Shown here: positions 60,658-64,000 of the stretch, piece by piece
Layout of the letters: each line of letters begins with the position of its first letter
How positions within the stretch are numbered: the stretch's first letter is position 1
NCBI GenBank assembly: GCA_950097015.1
Contig: CATNEN010000003.1
Location: forward strand, 9,176,001-9,240,000
Length of the DNA: 64,000 bases
Source of the DNA: Macrostomum hystrix
Lineage: Eukaryota > Animalia > Platyhelminthes
Reading direction: 5' to 3'
Notes under the pieces: model-generated
The model's input: the letters and a program-made list of their open reading frames with translations, nothing else
Databases searched by the model: none
What the model was told of the DNA's origin: nothing
Program-made: the position numbers and the translations under genes

Positions 60658-61500
60658 TCTACCCTTCTGCCAGTGTGCTCTACCCTTCTGCCAGTGTCCT
60701 TTACCCTTCTGTCAGTGTCCTCTACCCTTCTGCCAGTGTGCTCTACCCTTCTGCCAGTGTGCTCTACCCTTCTGCCAGTGTGCTCTACCCTTCTGCCAGT
60801 GTGCTCTACCCTTCTGTCAGTGTCCTCTACCCTTCTGCCAGTGTGCTCTACCCTTCTGCCAGTGTCCTTTACCCTTCTGTCAGTGTCCTCTACCCTTCTG
60901 CCAGTGTCCTTTACCCTTCTGCCAGTGTGCTCTACCCTTCTGCCAGTGTGCTCTACACTTCTGCTAGTGTCCTCTACCCTTCTGCCAGTGTCCTCTACCC
61001 ATCTGCCAGTGTGCTCTACCCTTCTGCCAGTGTCCTCTACCCTTCTGCCAGTGTCCTCTACCCTTCTGCCAGTGTCCTCTACCCTTCTGCCAGTGTCCTC
61101 TACCCTTCTGCCAGTGTCCTCTACCCTTCTGCCAGTGTCCTCTACCCTTCTGCCAGTGTCCTCTACCCTTCTGCCAGTGTCCTTTACCCTTCTGCCAGTG
61201 TGCTCTACCCTTCTGCCAGTGTCCTTTACCCTTCTGCCAGTGTCCTCTACCCCTCTCCTAGTGCCCTCTACCCCTTTCACAGTTTCCTTCATCCCTCTTC
61301 CAGTGTCCTCAACCTCTCTCCCAACGTCCTCTACCCTCGTTTAAGTGCCTTTTACCCCTCTCCTAGTGTCCTCTACCCCTCTTCTGGTGTCTTACACCCC
61401 TCTCGCAGTGTCCTCTGCCCCCATTTAAGTGTCTTCTGCCCCTCTCTCAGTGCCCTCTACCACAGTTAAAGTGTCTTCTGCCCCTCTCCCAGTGTCTTCT
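60658..61500. repeat. Minisatellite, 21-bp unit ctctacccttctgccagtgtc, homogeneous to ~61255 and then degenerating
   Basis: Directly visible. Confidence 0.93.
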
Positions 61501-62004
61501 ACCCCTCACCTTGTGTCCTTTATTCCAATTAAACTGTATTCCTTTTAACTGTTGTGTCTTGTATTCTACACTCAAAATACTGTCAGCTTCTATTTAGTCA
61601 TAGTTATTATTGATTTTTAACAATCACTACATCAATCCCATCTATTACCCTAACATCGTTCGCCGTTTGTGCGCCTACGAGTACTAGTGTTAAAAAGTCT
61701 TGTCTAGACATTGCACAAAACAACAGAATGAAGAATTCAAGGAAATTCAATAGAGTGCTGCAGTATTCAAACTGAATGAATGCTATTTAATGAGGCGTAT
61801 ATTATTCATTGAATTTGAATAAACTTGTTAGTCTGTTACCTTTGTGGTTTCCAATTACATCTGCTAGGGGCACTATTACCCGTCAATGCCACCTTATTAA
61901 ACTGGCGTCTGTTGCATATCCTATATGTCTATTCGATTAGTTTGCATTGCTAGTAACCTTGCAACAACTCCTAGTTAGGGAGATCCATCTAGAGTTGTAA
62001 CTGG

Positions 62005-62755
62005 AAACAGAGAGGTAGAGTGATACAGGTTTCAGTGAAAAAGTAGTAAAGTGAGAGAGAGGTAGAGTGAGAGAGAGGTAGAGTGAGAGAGAGAGATTGA
62101 GAGAGAGGTAGAGTGAGAGAGAGGTAGAGTGAGAGAGAGGTAAGAGTGAGAGAGAGGTAGAGTGAGAGAGAGGTAGAGTGAGAGAGAGGTAAGAGTGAGA
62201 GAGAGGTAGAGTGAGAGAGAGGTAGAGTGAGAGATAGGTTGAGTGAGAGAGAGATAGAGTGAGAGAGATAGAGTGAGAGAGAGATTGAGAGAGAGAGAGA
62301 TTGAGAGAGAGGTAGAGTGAGAGAGATAGAGTGAGAGAGTGGTAAGAGTGAGAGAGAGGTAGAGTGAGAGAGAGGTAGAGTGAGAGAGAGGTTGAGTGAG
62401 AGAGAGGTATAGTGAGTGAGAGGTAGAATGAGAGAGATAGAGTGAGAGAGAGATTGAGAGAGAGGTAGAGTGAGAGAGATAGAGTGAGAGAGAGATTGAG
62501 AGAGAGGTAGAGTGAGAGAGAGATTGAGAGAGAGGTAGAGTGAGAGAGAGGTACAGTGAGAGAGAGGTAGAGTTAGAGAGAGGTAGAGTGAGAGAGAGGT
62601 ACAGTGAGAGAGAGGTAGAGTGAGAGAGAGGTAGAGTTAGAGAGAGGTAGAGTGAGAGAGAGGTAGAGTGAGAGAAAGGTACAGTGAGAGAGAGGTACAG
62701 TGAGAGAGAGGTAGAGTTAGAGAGAGGTAGAGTTAGAGAGAGGTAGATTGAGAGA
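62005..62755. repeat. Purine-rich array, ~16-bp unit gaggtagagtgagaga
   Basis: Directly visible. Confidence 0.92.
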
Positions 62756-64000
62756 CTGAGAATTGGATGTATGCAATTAAAGATTATATAATAACTTAAT
62801 AACTTATGCACATTCAGTTTGGCACTGGAGTCCCTCAGTCTAAGCTGTTTTAATCGCAATTGAACAAACACAGCGGCGGCGCATAATGAAAGCGCTCGAG
62901 CGGATGGTACAATCAGGACTCGCATACAGTTTTATGCACAATGCTAACTTAATTCATTCAAGTAAATATAGGACAGAAGAAGCAGAACACATATTAATGC
63001 GCTGGTGCTTGCCAGTTGCCTATAATTTCTATGCCGCGTTCGCTCTACATTCTACAATAATATTTATTTCATCTCCATAAATGGTCTTTAGCTGCCGAGG
63101 GTTCAGTCGAATCAGTTAGTCAAACTGTTTTTCTCGCTTGATCGTTGCTCTGTGAGCGTATATAAAAATTCTAGCAGAGCAATGGCCACTATTTTGCTGT
63201 TTTTCGCATGCATACAGATTAGTAAACGCTGGGTTAGGGAGAGAGTGAAGTACATATATTGGTAACTATGGCATTTTGCGCTCGGTTCAACCCGTTCAAT
63301 GAAACGCTTATCGCCTTGGCATGTTTATGTACGCGCCTAAATACTAAAAAATGTTAAAAGCGCATTTGTCCTAAAAATAGGAGGGCAATGCCTAAATGTT
63401 ATCTTAAATGCTATTGAAGCCGTATGGGCTGGCGCTGCTTTTGTTTGTGCATTTGCGCTAGAGTTGCAAATGCAAATGAATGAATGAATGTATGCTTGTG
63501 TGCATTTTTTCGCATAAGCCCAGACCTGCATTCTGCATACAATGACTGCGCCATTGAATAATACCGCAGTAATCAAAACTGGGGGAAGGTTCACCCCTAT
63601 CCACCCCACTTCAAACTCCGTATTCATTCTGTTTCTCGTTTGGACATGCCAGATCTGTCGTATGAATGGGGGGTAAGGAAGAAATCAAATGTACATCGAG
63701 TGTACATTTAGCATTTAACTCCCACCCCCTCCATAATTTTCATCCGTTTCTCTAGTCTGCACAAACCCACCCCATTTTGGCAGTGTACGCGCGGTCTGAA
63801 GAGAGAGAGAGGAGTACATTAAACTTGGGGTTGCCTTACCCCCGGGGTTGAAAACCCTGTCAGTTTTCTAACTCTCTCTCTGCGCCATACCCACCCTCCT
63901 TCAGGCCATAATCAAACCCTGCTACTGCTGGGCCTGTATATTCATAATACCCCTGCTGTTCTCTGTTCTGTCTCCTCTTTCTCCTGGTCTGCGTTCCTCT

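Noticed and set aside
58770-62925. ORFs 58770-59882, 60498-61469 and 62032-62925
   Set aside because: Low-complexity tandem-repeat translations with no domain signal.
62760-64000. Possible further gene near the window end
   Set aside because: Only short ORFs without recognisable motifs or a consistent exon chain.

Overview
Eukaryotic (metazoan) genomic DNA with spliced genes. Poly-Gln/poly-Ala-rich proteins and pervasive 15-35 bp minisatellites suggest a free-living flatworm such as Macrostomum, which is inference only. Four host genes can be assembled exon by exon with consistent splice phases: a 5'-incomplete ankyrin-repeat/coiled-coil gene with tandemly duplicated exons (+, 2324-8651), the amino-acid transporter SLC38A10 (-, 39610-15138, 8 exons, one GC-AG intron), an NCoR/SMRT-like corepressor (-, 48302-43050, 3 coding exons) and PIGA (+, 52480-58542, 6 exons). 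Mobile elements are the 3' end of a Ty3/Gypsy element with its LTR, a 5'-truncated RNase H-containing LINE, tRNA-derived SINEs and a Merlin/ISXO2-like transposase relic. The most striking pattern is that every intron of SLC38A10 (7/7) and PIGA (5/5) carries its own, mostly private, tandem-repeat array, while exons are intact. The duplicated ankyrin-gene introns appear to capture one such array at three stages (proto-unit, 14 copies, 38 copies). Most long ORFs in the supplied track are artefacts of these arrays.
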